Origin: a virus
Lineage: Duplodnaviria > Caudoviricetes
IMG/VR virus record: IMGVR_UViG_3300021085_000038
Location: 1 to 55,678 of that record
DNA: 55,678 bases
Reading direction: 5' to 3' (one strand)
Shown piece after piece: positions 35,750-45,365 of the stretch. Each line of letters begins with the position of its first letter. The first letter of the stretch is position 1. The notes under the pieces are model-generated. The model had not been told where the DNA came from. It saw only the letters and a list, made by a program, of their open reading frames with translations, and ran no database searches. Both the position numbers and the translations under genes were made by a program.

Positions 35750-37870
35750 TTATTTACTGATATAAGCAGCACCGATTTGTCCGATAGCATTCCAAATACC
35801 ACTACTTGAACTACTACCCTTTGATGCCCCTGCAATCTCTGCCGCAAGGATCTGTGCTTCTAATGTGGCTTCTGTTTGTGCGCCTTTAAACATATAGTCC
35901 AACAGGCTATCTATACGATCCCAAAGACGGTTCAGTCCCTCTTGGTTCATATCCATAGAGTTCTTGATATCCGCAGAATATGCTTCAAACATCATTTCAG
36001 AGTTGGAAGTTAAAACTTCTTGTCGCCACTTGGCGTTAGCAGTATCTACATTAAATTGCATGTTTGCGTAAAACTGATCACGGCTATCTTGCATTTTAGC
36101 ATTAAACTCAGATGCATCATTAATTTCACCTGCATTGAAACGCTTCATAATATTGATTTGCTCACTATTATGCGTTTGAACTTGTACGCTCATAGTGTCG
36201 TAAAACTTCTGAAACTCGTTAGCATTTTCTGCACCAAAGATACGTGCTGCATTAATAGCTGCCTGATCATTAAAGATAGCATCCATCATTAACTGGGTGT
36301 TTAGCACTTCAGCTTGTTGTTCATTGGTTAGGTTAGCTAAGTCCATCTCTAAGAAGTTACGTGCATTCTGTACCGCAGCTTCTTGTCTTGCATCTAGGTT
36401 AGCTGTTTCAAAGTTAGCTAATACACTTGCTTTATTTATAATTGCTTGTTGTTTATTATCTAAATTCTTTATTGTAATAGTTTGGAAGAATGAAGCTTCT
36501 TTTTCTGCAACTCCTAATACAGCTTCCATAATAGCATTAGACATAGCGGCGGTTTGTGCCGTGCCTGTGATACCACTGAATGCCATAGTACGTGATACAT
36601 CACGAGACAAGCTTTGCGCCCACGGTGGGATAATAGGGTCACCTTTAGAGTTCTTAAACTCCGCAGATATAATTTCCATCTGCCCTAATATTGTAGCCTT
36701 ACTATCTGTGTAATTACCTTCACCTAGCTTTTGTGCAAGTAATTTACCTGCCACAGTAGATGTATCAATAATCGTACTGATATCTTGAGTAGCGAAGTCA
36801 TTAAGAGCATTACCAACAACGCTGGTAGTACCATCAGCATTTACACCAGTAGCAGCACCTACCATATCGATCTGTTCTGCTTCTATCGTAGTGTCTGCAT
36901 CTATTTCGCCTGTAGCAGCGTTAATAGTAGTAGCATCTGTACCCATTAAGTCAGAAGTAGTTGATGCTTCATAGTTAACAGGTGCTGCGGCATCAGGGGC
37001 GGTAACTTCTGCTACATCTGACATCAATGCAGGATCAACTACAGGTGTATCACCCAGCGCATAATTAGGATTATTGGGATCTAGTAATGCTTTAGCATCT
37101 TCAGGATCAATTAAAACACCATTCTCGTTAACAATATCTGCTAAGTTTAAACCTTTGCTTTTTAGATACCCTGCTGGATCTTCTGTAATAGCTTTTAGGT
37201 CTTCATTAGAAGCAAATATTCCTGCCTTCTTAGCCCATGCAAGTACGTTATCCGCATTAAGTTCCATGCCAGAAGTAGAACCAGTACTTGTATTTGAGTT
37301 TTCTATCTCTTCTTGTAGGATCTTGTCAGCCGCATCATTATCGCCATTGGCAATAGCTTCGGCTGCCTTGATTGCATACCCATTAGTGCTTTTGTTATAC
37401 CCTTCTTCACCAGGCACTTTACCTGAAGCATCTATTTTTAATGCATCAACAAGTTTACCATTAACTTCTTTAACTTCGTAAGGAAGCCCTAAGAAATTGT
37501 AAGAGTAAGTAAATCCTGTCTCTTTATTTTTATAGGTCTGGTAGCCATCAACTACTTTACTTTCTTGAGTTTTAGGATCAAGCCCATTAGCCCACCCCGC
37601 AAGTTTACCTATAAAAGGTATGGCAGGAGTTATCGCCCCTGTAATGGCATTAAATACACCACTAGGTGCTTTGCCTTTAACTTCAGCGGGTTCTACTACG
37701 GGTGTGGGTTTGGCTGCACCGTATCCTGGAGGCGTAGCAGTAACAACTACGGGTTTCTTATCATTGTCATCATTGTGGGTTGTAGCATTGTAAGAGCTAT
37801 GCAATGCCCCTGCTGAAGATCCTACCATAGATGCCCCTCCAGCGTTAGCATCCATATTATATTTACCCAT
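35750..37870 (-). CDS. Internal virion (ejection) protein
   Basis: 706 aa; N/Q/A-rich helical C-terminal half ending in a Gly/Ser-rich amphipathic segment. Confidence 0.7.
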   Translation of the reverse strand: MGKYNMDANAGGASMVGSSAGALHSSYNATTHNDDNDKKPVVVTATPPGYGAAKPTPVVEPAEVKGKAPSGVFNAITGAITPAIPFIGKLAGWANGLDPKTQESKVVDGYQTYKNKETGFTYSYNFLGLPYEVKEVNGKLVDALKIDASGKVPGEEGYNKSTNGYAIKAAEAIANGDNDAADKILQEEIENSNTSTGSTSGMELNADNVLAWAKKAGIFASNEDLKAITEDPAGYLKSKGLNLADIVNENGVLIDPEDAKALLDPNNPNYALGDTPVVDPALMSDVAEVTAPDAAAPVNYEASTTSDLMGTDATTINAATGEIDADTTIEAEQIDMVGAATGVNADGTTSVVGNALNDFATQDISTIIDTSTVAGKLLAQKLGEGNYTDSKATILGQMEIISAEFKNSKGDPIIPPWAQSLSRDVSRTMAFSGITGTAQTAAMSNAIMEAVLGVAEKEASFFQTITIKNLDNKQQAIINKASVLANFETANLDARQEAAVQNARNFLEMDLANLTNEQQAEVLNTQLMMDAIFNDQAAINAARIFGAENANEFQKFYDTMSVQVQTHNSEQINIMKRFNAGEINDASEFNAKMQDSRDQFYANMQFNVDTANAKWRQEVLTSNSEMMFEAYSADIKNSMDMNQEGLNRLWDRIDSLLDYMFKGAQTEATLEAQILAAEIAGASKGSSSSSGIWNAIGQIGAAYISK

Positions 37871-37879
37871 TATATATCC

Positions 37880-39853
37880 TTACCTAGTTGTAGCAAACGG
37901 AGAAGCAAACCCAGATACAGGAACTTGACCAGACATAGCAGGAGATAAATTACCTATTGAGGCATTTGCTCCCTGCACGTTTTGCATGTTTTGTAGATCA
38001 GTTAGAGAACGGTTTATGTTAATTACCTTATCTCCAATGGCACGGCCTGTTACATCAAATGATCGTAATAGTAGATTACCCTGCTGATCCATATTGCGAG
38101 TAATTGTGTTACCTTGTGCATCTATACTTGATTTTATTAGAGCGCCTGTATCATCAAAAGCATTACCTAATTGATGGAAGTTTTGCCTCATTCCCATATC
38201 AAGGTCGTTCTGAGTAGATGCTACTTTAGCTAAATCTCTTGCAGCAGTTATCTGCCCAGCGCCTATATTATCAAAGCCTGTATTCATGTTGTTTTGTAGA
38301 GATCTCATGCCAGCAGTAAGCTCTGCATTATTAGCGTTTAAATTATTTGCAAACCCTAAATCGATGTCATTTCGTAAATTATCTATATTATTATTATAAT
38401 CTACATTATTGTTTCTTAATATATCACTAAGATTATTATTTTTTAGTGTCAAATTTCCGTTAATATCGGCAAAGCCACTTGCTGTTGCATTATTAGCATT
38501 TGCAAATTCACGATCAATAGCATCACTAACACCACTTAACTTGTTCTGGTTGTTCTCTGCTTGAGTTAGTACCTGATTAACATTTGTAGAAACTTGATCA
38601 ACTTGTTGTCCTGATGCATCAAACTTACTGGTGATCATGTTACCTTGATCATCCATAGTTCTTGTAAGCGTGTTACCTTGTGCATCGATGCTGTTGGATA
38701 TTAACTGTCCATTTTCATCGAAGCTAGATGATAGGGCTTGGTACTGCGCTCTTGTATTTGCATCTAAGTCTGCACCTGTTTGGTTCAGGAGAGACTTTAG
38801 GTTGTTCATACGATTACCTAGGTTGTTCTGTGTAGCTTCGTAAGTATCTCCTAGAGTATTAAATCCACCTTCTAGAGAACCGCTTATTGCACTGTTTTCT
38901 GCACTAAGATCACTAAACCCACCTTCAACGGCAGAACCTAATGCATTAGTAGAAGCCATAAGTGCATTGCCTAAGTTTTCCGTACCAGCAACACTTGCGT
39001 TAGCATAGTTACCAATATCTTCACGTAACCTTTGGTTTGCATTAGCATTAGCTTTCTGCATATCAGCACGGGTTTGTTGTGCTAGTTCTGTGTCTTCACC
39101 ATAGCGCTCTACATAATCATCAAAGCTAGAAGTAAATCCTTCTTGATTTGAGGCTAGACCTGCTTGGTTCTCTAAGCTTTGTGTAGCATAAATATCAGCA
39201 GTATCTGCCATAGTGTCTAAGCTAGACTGTAGTCCACCTTGACCATTTAAGACATTAGCTTGTGTTTCTGTAAGTGCAGTATTTGCATCATTAAACCCAG
39301 TTGATAATGCATCACTTGCCGCAGAGAATTGATTAGTACGATCATCTTGTGCAGCACCAAACTGTGCAGTTCTATCTGCCTGTGCATCAGAGAAACCTTG
39401 TGCTTGATCAACAAACCCTTGGTCTACAGCATTTTGCATATTAGTATTAGCTGCATCAACAGTATCAAACCGTCTACCAGCTTCATCAAAGCCTCCAGTT
39501 ACACTGGTGTTTAAATCAGAAAGACTATTAGCATTAGCTGTAGCATTATTCGCCATAGATGTAGCGTTGTTGGCTATACCTGTATTAGCGTTTGTAAGCT
39601 GTGTGTTTAAGCTTGTATTATACTTATCCATCAAATCTTGGATATTAGTAAAACCAGTGTTAACAGAAGAACCAACACCTGCAACTGAGCTATCTACATT
39701 ATCAAAACGACCATCAAATGTATCAAAGCGTTTATTAGCTTCTGCTGCTTCATCTGTAATCTGTCCAGATATACCAACCTGGTTGTCAGCTAAGTCTTGG
39801 TACTGGTCGTCTGATAAACCGCCATCGACCGTAGTTGTTCCACCGCCACCCAT
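37880..39853 (-). CDS. Putative ejection protein with MGGGG N-terminus
   Basis: 657 aa; N/Q/D/A-rich heptads; duplicated FD..G.LI..SIDAQGNT.TR.MD.QGN unit. Confidence 0.65.
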   Translation of the reverse strand: MGGGGTTTVDGGLSDDQYQDLADNQVGISGQITDEAAEANKRFDTFDGRFDNVDSSVAGVGSSVNTGFTNIQDLMDKYNTSLNTQLTNANTGIANNATSMANNATANANSLSDLNTSVTGGFDEAGRRFDTVDAANTNMQNAVDQGFVDQAQGFSDAQADRTAQFGAAQDDRTNQFSAASDALSTGFNDANTALTETQANVLNGQGGLQSSLDTMADTADIYATQSLENQAGLASNQEGFTSSFDDYVERYGEDTELAQQTRADMQKANANANQRLREDIGNYANASVAGTENLGNALMASTNALGSAVEGGFSDLSAENSAISGSLEGGFNTLGDTYEATQNNLGNRMNNLKSLLNQTGADLDANTRAQYQALSSSFDENGQLISNSIDAQGNTLTRTMDDQGNMITSKFDASGQQVDQVSTNVNQVLTQAENNQNKLSGVSDAIDREFANANNATASGFADINGNLTLKNNNLSDILRNNNVDYNNNIDNLRNDIDLGFANNLNANNAELTAGMRSLQNNMNTGFDNIGAGQITAARDLAKVASTQNDLDMGMRQNFHQLGNAFDDTGALIKSSIDAQGNTITRNMDQQGNLLLRSFDVTGRAIGDKVININRSLTDLQNMQNVQGANASIGNLSPAMSGQVPVSGFASPFATTR

Positions 39854-39854
39854 A

Positions 39855-40277
39855 TTAAAACTCCTTCGTGTGTTTGATGTCTGGCTGATTAAAGCGCCGC
39901 CAATTGGCAGGAACTCTTCGGCCTAATACTGATTGTGAATGATTCATCATGCCCCGCATAACTTTGATTGTGTCTCCGTATGGAGCTATAAACTCGATGC
40001 CCCAAAGCTCTAAATCTTCGGTTACTACATCAGGTCTACTGTACGTTGTTTCGTCTGGTACAAACTTCTCATCTAGAAATGCCTGACCTTCTTCTTTTGT
40101 AATCCATGCCCAAGAAACAAAACCTATTGGCTTATCATCTTTATAAAATAGTCGGGCTTTTTGGTGGATTAGTGGATATAAACAGTAGTGGTTAAACTCT
40201 ACTAATGTGTATAATCTGTGGTCTGGGGATTGGTTAAATAAGAACAGTGCGTCTAGGACGGCTTTCTGTAATTTCAT
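39855..40277 (-). CDS. HlyC/RtxC-family toxin-activating lysine acyltransferase homologue
   Basis: QSPDH, PIGFVSWA and LWGIEFIAPYG motifs. Confidence 0.8.
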   Translation of the reverse strand: MKLQKAVLDALFLFNQSPDHRLYTLVEFNHYCLYPLIHQKARLFYKDDKPIGFVSWAWITKEEGQAFLDEKFVPDETTYSRPDVVTEDLELWGIEFIAPYGDTIKVMRGMMNHSQSVLGRRVPANWRRFNQPDIKHTKEF

Positions 40278-40305
40278 ATTAGCCTTAAAATTTAACTATA
40301 TGATA

Positions 40306-40334
40306 ATTATACCACTTAGTTAGTGTATTAGCAA
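40306..40334 (-). promoter_or_regulatory. Sigma70-type promoter of the acyltransferase/ejection operon
   Basis: TTGCTA-N17-TATAAT with operator-like CTAAGTGG in the spacer. Confidence 0.7.
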
Positions 40335-40346
40335 GTGTATAATTAA

Positions 40347-41162
40347 TTAAGCAACCAATGCTTTGTACGTCTTTGGCCCTACTAAACCATCCGCAGTAAG
40401 CCCATTTTCTTCCTGCCAAGCCTTAACAGCCTTCTCTGTCATAAGACCAAATACACCATCATCTTCTAACCCTAATGCTGCTTGTGCAAGCTTAACTGCT
40501 TCTCCTGTTGAACCTACCTTTAATAGGATAGGCGATGGGCTAGGATTGTACTGACCGCCTAAGATATCCAAAGCATTCTTGTAGTGATGTTTTCTATCTT
40601 CAAGACCTATTGTGCCACCATTAATTTTCTTCGTGGCTCTAATAATATCATCTGCGTATCTGTTGAGGCCATTCTCTTTCCAGAACCAACAAGCACTTTC
40701 TAATGCACCTGTTTTTGTGCCTAGATACTCAAGTGTACGTTCAAGAGTTTTACCCATTGAGTTAGCGAATGCAGTTTGATTATTCTTACCAGTTAATTGG
40801 ATGATACCAATTCCCTTGTGCGTCCAACCATCTCCGCTTTCAGTTGGCCCATTACCCATGCGATTAGCATAGATCACATTAGCAATCTTCTCAGGATGTC
40901 TGTGATACTCTTCAGCATCACGACCTGCACGTTCAAAATACTTAGGAAAGATTGCATTCAAGGCTTTTGCTGAATAGTTTAGGTTTTCCCTGAGTACCCT
41001 AAAGTTATTACTCTCATGACCGCACTGAGCCATAAACATTGCAATACGTTCAGGAGTATCTATCTCATACATAGGCAACATCTTCTGTAATGGTTCTACC
41101 CAAGATTCCCACTCGCTGTTGCCATGTAATAAGTTATGTACTTGATCAGAAGTTACTTTCAT
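40347..41162 (-). CDS. Endolysin, GH19 with C-terminal peptidoglycan-binding domain
   Basis: FMAQCGHES, ENLNYS, IQLTGKNN and INGG; DGVFG..T..AV..WQ..GLTADG.VGPKT. Confidence 0.9.
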   Translation of the reverse strand: MKVTSDQVHNLLHGNSEWESWVEPLQKMLPMYEIDTPERIAMFMAQCGHESNNFRVLRENLNYSAKALNAIFPKYFERAGRDAEEYHRHPEKIANVIYANRMGNGPTESGDGWTHKGIGIIQLTGKNNQTAFANSMGKTLERTLEYLGTKTGALESACWFWKENGLNRYADDIIRATKKINGGTIGLEDRKHHYKNALDILGGQYNPSPSPILLKVGSTGEAVKLAQAALGLEDDGVFGLMTEKAVKAWQEENGLTADGLVGPKTYKALVA

Positions 41163-41614
41163 TATTTTGCTCCCATGAATTTGTTTACTGAACGCTGACC
41201 AAACCAGAATGCTATGATTGCACTGAATAAAGCTTGTGTTTCGTTATCGAACATCAACGGTACTGCGTCTTTCCAATCCGAACCACTTTCAAGAGCTTTA
41301 AGTAAGATAACGGCTTTGACGGCAAGGAATAAGCCAAAAAAAAGATAAGTAATAACAGGTCGTACAGAAGCGGATAAGCCAGCAGCAAATCCAGACTTTG
41401 GGTTAGCAAATTCATATAATGCCTTTGTTTCTGCGATCTCTGCTTGTTTATCTAATTTTTGGATATCATTCTGAACACCCATCTTTGCGAGTTCGCCTTG
41501 GAGTTTAAGTTCTTCTAAGCGGTTTTTATGATCCTGCTTCTTCTGAAAGAAGCTTAGAACTTGTGGCAAGAAGCTTGTACCAAAACCCAGCGCACTTCCT
41601 AGTAAAGCAATCAT
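41162..41614 (-). CDS. Putative holin
   Basis: SVRPVITY, two TM segments and FWFGQR; adjacent to the endolysin. Confidence 0.7.
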   Translation of the reverse strand: MIALLGSALGFGTSFLPQVLSFFQKKQDHKNRLEELKLQGELAKMGVQNDIQKLDKQAEIAETKALYEFANPKSGFAAGLSASVRPVITYLFFGLFLAVKAVILLKALESGSDWKDAVPLMFDNETQALFSAIIAFWFGQRSVNKFMGAK

Positions 41615-41910
41615 TTCTTAGACTCCATTGCATTGAAGCCAAAGTATGCCGCTACTACACCAGATGCAGCTACAACGTATACAGCAGCGATATCAGCTAT
41701 CAGTCCTGCCGCCCCTGAATGCCCCATGATAGACGATGCCAGGATAACAAACGGATAGAGAAGCATACCTGCACAAGTAGCCACTACGAGCTTACGCTGC
41801 GTGTCTCTCTTAGCATCTGAATCTTCCATCTGTCTGCGGCGATCCTCAAGCATGATCTCACGCTCTTCAGGATCAATTACTCCGTTACCATTTAAATCAT
41901 AATCAGTCAT
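41611..41910 (-). CDS. Membrane protein with EF-hand-like N-terminus and 2 TMs
   Basis: DLNGNGVIDPEE followed by two hydrophobic helices. Confidence 0.7.
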   Translation of the reverse strand: MTDYDLNGNGVIDPEEREIMLEDRRRQMEDSDAKRDTQRKLVVATCAGMLLYPFVILASSIMGHSGAAGLIADIAAVYVVAASGVVAAYFGFNAMESKK

Positions 41911-41919
41911 ATTAATTCC

Positions 41920-42462
41920 TTAATTAGCTAATGGATTATCTAAAGCCCGTTGCAATTTCTTTGTTAAACGAGCTTCTAATTCTTTCATCTCAGCATCTTG
42001 AGAAGTGCGTAATCGATCCCGTTGGCTTTCAAACCTAACATCTGCTGCATCGATTAATGTGCGTATCTTTGCTTCATGTTCTCGTAGTAAAGTATCAACA
42101 TTATCTTCGATTGATCTTACAGTATCTTCAACACGATCTGATTGCTTCTCTATGCCCAGTATATCGTCCCGTAGTCCGTTCTTGATGTCTCTTGTGTACT
42201 CAACACTCTCTTCAACCTTAGTGCTGATACCAGTGACTTTAGCGTCCATAACGTCCATAGCCTGTTGGTATTCTCCTAGATCAAGACCTGCTACTTCTTC
42301 GATCTTCTGGTACATCACAAAGCCGCCGTATAAGCCGCCTACTACAGTGGATAGAAAGGTAATGATTGCGAAGACTGATGCAGGAGTTAGCTTGATGCCC
42401 CCTGCCTTAATTTGCCTGTCTGCAAGCCCATCGATGTTGTCTGCGATCTTGGTTGTGTCCAT
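41920..42462 (-). CDS. Single-pass membrane coiled-coil protein (i-spanin-like topology)
   Basis: One TM, then a long heptad region ending LDNPLAN. Confidence 0.6.
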   Translation of the reverse strand: MDTTKIADNIDGLADRQIKAGGIKLTPASVFAIITFLSTVVGGLYGGFVMYQKIEEVAGLDLGEYQQAMDVMDAKVTGISTKVEESVEYTRDIKNGLRDDILGIEKQSDRVEDTVRSIEDNVDTLLREHEAKIRTLIDAADVRFESQRDRLRTSQDAEMKELEARLTKKLQRALDNPLAN

Positions 42463-42463
42463 C

Positions 42464-42874
42464 TTAGTTCTCGAACTCCATGCCGCCTTTTTGGAGGTCT
42501 TTTAGGGCTTCTAATTCATTACGAAGTTGTTGTATCTCTAACTTGCGCTGCGTAAGTTCTACTTTATATAAATCATCGCAATTAATACGTGATCTTGGTT
42601 TATCTAAAGGAATAACAATACGAGTATAAACTCCTATGTCTTTGCTTTGCCCTTGGCTGTTTATTCCAAACGAGCCACCTACATTGTTTATATTACCCAT
42701 TACACCAAACTCTAGGCTTGTTGCTCCACCTACTGCATTTGAGCATCTTAGATTACCAGAACTAAAGGTATCCGATTGGTAGTTCATAGGTGGGTTTGGT
42801 AGTGTTAGTGCGAGTGAGCTACTATCAGCATATGCAGTACCTGTTACTAATATAAGTGCTAGTGCTAGTTTCAT
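42464..42874 (-). CDS. Secreted protein (Cys-bounded beta segment, coiled-coil tail)
   Basis: Signal peptide MKLALALILVTGTAYA. Confidence 0.7.
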   Translation of the reverse strand: MKLALALILVTGTAYADSSSLALTLPNPPMNYQSDTFSSGNLRCSNAVGGATSLEFGVMGNINNVGGSFGINSQGQSKDIGVYTRIVIPLDKPRSRINCDDLYKVELTQRKLEIQQLRNELEALKDLQKGGMEFEN

Positions 42875-43257
42875 GCTGTACCGCCGTCTATTCTGCTGCA
42901 TATACGAGAAGATACCAAAGTCTTAGAGCTGCGTTGTTTAAGTACTTTAGAGGTTGTGCAGATAAAAACTGCTCTTCTTAGATCACTTTTGCGTAGATAT
43001 ACTTCAAAGTTCTTACGCTCTTTATAATCAAGCTTCATAATCCTGTATGGTGAGGAGAATGGTATATTAATAAAGTTCTTATCGAACACTTCTACCAAGT
43101 AATACTTAATGTCTTCTCTTTGATTTACCAAAGTCATCTGAGCTTTAACTACACCTTTAACGTGGCTTGGTTTTATCTCAGGATATGCTGGTGTCATCTC
43201 ATGAGCAGATACAAAAGACGACACGCATATCAGTAGGGCTGTTAATCTATTTAGCAA
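42871..43257 (-). CDS. Secreted Ig-like protein (fimbrial chaperone-like)
   Basis: Signal peptide ending VSA; HEMTP, TLVNQRE..YYLVEV and ICT..SRIC. Confidence 0.55.
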   Translation of the reverse strand: MLNRLTALLICVSSFVSAHEMTPAYPEIKPSHVKGVVKAQMTLVNQREDIKYYLVEVFDKNFINIPFSSPYRIMKLDYKERKNFEVYLRKSDLRRAVFICTTSKVLKQRSSKTLVSSRICSRIDGGTA

Positions 43258-43735
43258 TACACGTAGCCTGAACTACCGCAACGTAAGTACCTCCAGAAAA
43301 AGGCTTCGAGGCCGCATAGGTCGCAGTCGAACTCGTAGAAAACCAAGTACTACCAGCAACAGTCAAATCAAAAATGGTTGTATTGTTTACTACAGTTTTA
43401 GCTGCGTTGTATCCTGACATCCCTGCATCAGAAGTATTCGTAACAGCCGTTGATCCTGTCCAAGCTACACTGTCAGATAATACAGGAGATGAACTGAATG
43501 AAGTAGGGTGCGTAATGTTAGCTGTGTAGTAATCTGCTAGTGCTACATCAAAACGAACTACGGGTAATACGCCGCCGTCAGAAGGTGCTGTACTAAGAAC
43601 ACTTGCTGAAGGGTTTCCGTATACACCTGATTTATCTGTTTGTATCACGCACTTCGCTGCTACGTTACCTGTAATATTCACATTCGCATAGGCAGGTAAT
43701 GCACATAGCGAAAGTACTGCTAAAGAATATTTCAT
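43247..43735 (-). CDS. Secreted pilin-like subunit
   Basis: Signal peptide ending AYA; VNITGNVAAKCVI N-terminal strand; GGTYVAVVQATC C-terminal strand; S/T-rich. Confidence 0.6.
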   Translation of the reverse strand: MKYSLAVLSLCALPAYANVNITGNVAAKCVIQTDKSGVYGNPSASVLSTAPSDGGVLPVVRFDVALADYYTANITHPTSFSSSPVLSDSVAWTGSTAVTNTSDAGMSGYNAAKTVVNNTTIFDLTVAGSTWFSTSSTATYAASKPFSGGTYVAVVQATCIAK

Positions 43736-43742
43736 ATTTTCC

Positions 43743-44612
43743 TCATTTGTTATACTGCATATCAATCATTTTTTCGTGCAGTAGTTGTTGTGCTAAATTA
43801 TTTCGTAATGCTTTTTTATTATCGGGTAATTGTTCGTCGGCTATTGAATTTACATCTGCATATACGCCGCCATTGATCTTGGTATTGTAGTACATTGCAA
43901 TGTTCGTTTGCTTGTTCATCTGGTCTATAATGCTTGACTGACCTTGTACTTTTAGCATTGTTAATGCGTTCTTAGATGAGGCTAACCCTAGCTCTATTCT
44001 CGAAGGTTTTTCTTCTTCCTCTTCTTCCTCAATACGATTACCGTCCTCGTCGTATTTGAAATCGTCTTCTGTACCCAAGGCATCTACTACAGCGTTGTCT
44101 TCTAGTGCGTTGTAGACTTCTACCTTTGGTATAACTGGCATTGGTTTCTTGTAACCAGGACAAGAAGGATTTAGTTGTGGATCGAAACATTCATCAATCC
44201 GATAATTATAAATAACGTAAGGATTTTTTACCTCGCCCTTGCCTTCTACTTCTATCGATCCTCTACCCCATAATTCGAATGGTATATTATTAAAGGTAAA
44301 GGATTTAGTGATTGTATTGCCTGGTACTCCTGACCAATCATCTGTTTCTCTGAAGGTGTAACCATCCCCATTTGGATTTAGATTACCAACATGTACCTTC
44401 ATAGCATCTTCAGGATTTTTAACTGTAGAGTATCGGTATATTAATCCGTTTATTGATAGCCCTGTTGCGTTTGGAAATACACTTCCCATTCCCCAACTTA
44501 GTCCGTTTGATGCTGCGTTACCTGATGCACCGTAGCTGTATGGATCAGAGTAGGAATAAGAAGAGTAAGCTACCAAACACAGTGCCAATACCAATCTTTG
44601 TATCATTATCAC
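43743..44612 (-). CDS. Secreted protein
   Basis: Signal peptide; beta-rich domain; CFDPQLNPSCPGY; acidic run. Confidence 0.65.
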   Translation of the reverse strand: MIMIQRLVLALCLVAYSSYSYSDPYSYGASGNAASNGLSWGMGSVFPNATGLSINGLIYRYSTVKNPEDAMKVHVGNLNPNGDGYTFRETDDWSGVPGNTITKSFTFNNIPFELWGRGSIEVEGKGEVKNPYVIYNYRIDECFDPQLNPSCPGYKKPMPVIPKVEVYNALEDNAVVDALGTEDDFKYDEDGNRIEEEEEEEKPSRIELGLASSKNALTMLKVQGQSSIIDQMNKQTNIAMYYNTKINGGVYADVNSIADEQLPDNKKALRNNLAQQLLHEKMIDMQYNK

Positions 44613-45102
44613 TGTTGAACAACCTTTTTAATGTTCCGTTGCTTTCTTCTTCAGCTACCTTGTTATCTAGCTCGTAAGCTATCTGTGCAGCATCCCCTAT
44701 CAATGATTTGTAAGGGCAAGGTGTACCTGCATTACTCATGGCTTTTCTAATTACGCCAGTTTCTTCTTCACACATAATACTTACCGCTGCGACTTTCATA
44801 CCCATGTCATACATGGTTTTGGCATTCTTCAGTCTAAGGCAGTTATCTTCAGTAAAAACTTTACCGATACTTAATCCTAGTATCTGTGTCTGTATGCTAC
44901 CTGATGCTGATATTGTGCAGAGATCGCCTGTACCTGTAGTGAGGTTAGGAGATATTGCGCTGGGCGGTGGGCTATTGATTGTAGTTTCCATAGACCCATT
45001 TGATGTAACAGTACTGTTTGTATCTGTTCTTATTACATCGTCATCATCGGCATGTGCAATGCTACCGATTAGTAAGGTAAATAGTATAAGTAAGAGTTTC
45101 AT
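44545..45102 (-). CDS. Secreted, Cys-rich protein with hydrophobic C-terminus
   Basis: Signal peptide ending AHA; PPPSAISP; four Cys; C-terminal IGIGTVFGSLLFLFLL. Confidence 0.7.
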   Translation of the reverse strand: MKLLLILFTLLIGSIAHADDDDVIRTDTNSTVTSNGSMETTINSPPPSAISPNLTTGTGDLCTISASGSIQTQILGLSIGKVFTEDNCLRLKNAKTMYDMGMKVAAVSIMCEEETGVIRKAMSNAGTPCPYKSLIGDAAQIAYELDNKVAEEESNGTLKRLFNSDNDTKIGIGTVFGSLLFLFLL

Positions 45103-45365
45103 TTCTCTGCTTGTTCTGCCATTCTTTCAACAAGGTTACGAATAGCTTTAATGTTTTCGTCAATACGACCTAGAGAAACAGCTTGTGATTGTACTGTCTT
45201 CTCTAGTGTATTAATACGAGTTTCTTGGCGAACTAAATCACGAGCATTATTTTTGACGGCTGAGTCTAGGGAAGACACATACCATACAAGTGATATAGTT
45301 TGTAGTACGATAGCTACGATTAACGTAACTGGTACTGACTTAGAAAGATGCCAACTCTCAGTCAT
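45099..45365 (-). CDS. Small TM + coiled-coil protein
   Basis: N-terminal hydrophobic helix and heptads. Confidence 0.7.
   Translation of the reverse strand: MTESWHLSKSVPVTLIVAIVLQTISLVWYVSSLDSAVKNNARDLVRQETRINTLEKTVQSQAVSLGRIDENIKAIRNLVERMAEQAEK

Noticed and set aside
39855-40277. RTX toxin / virulence locus
   Set aside because: No GGxGxD repeats and no type I secretion genes in the window.
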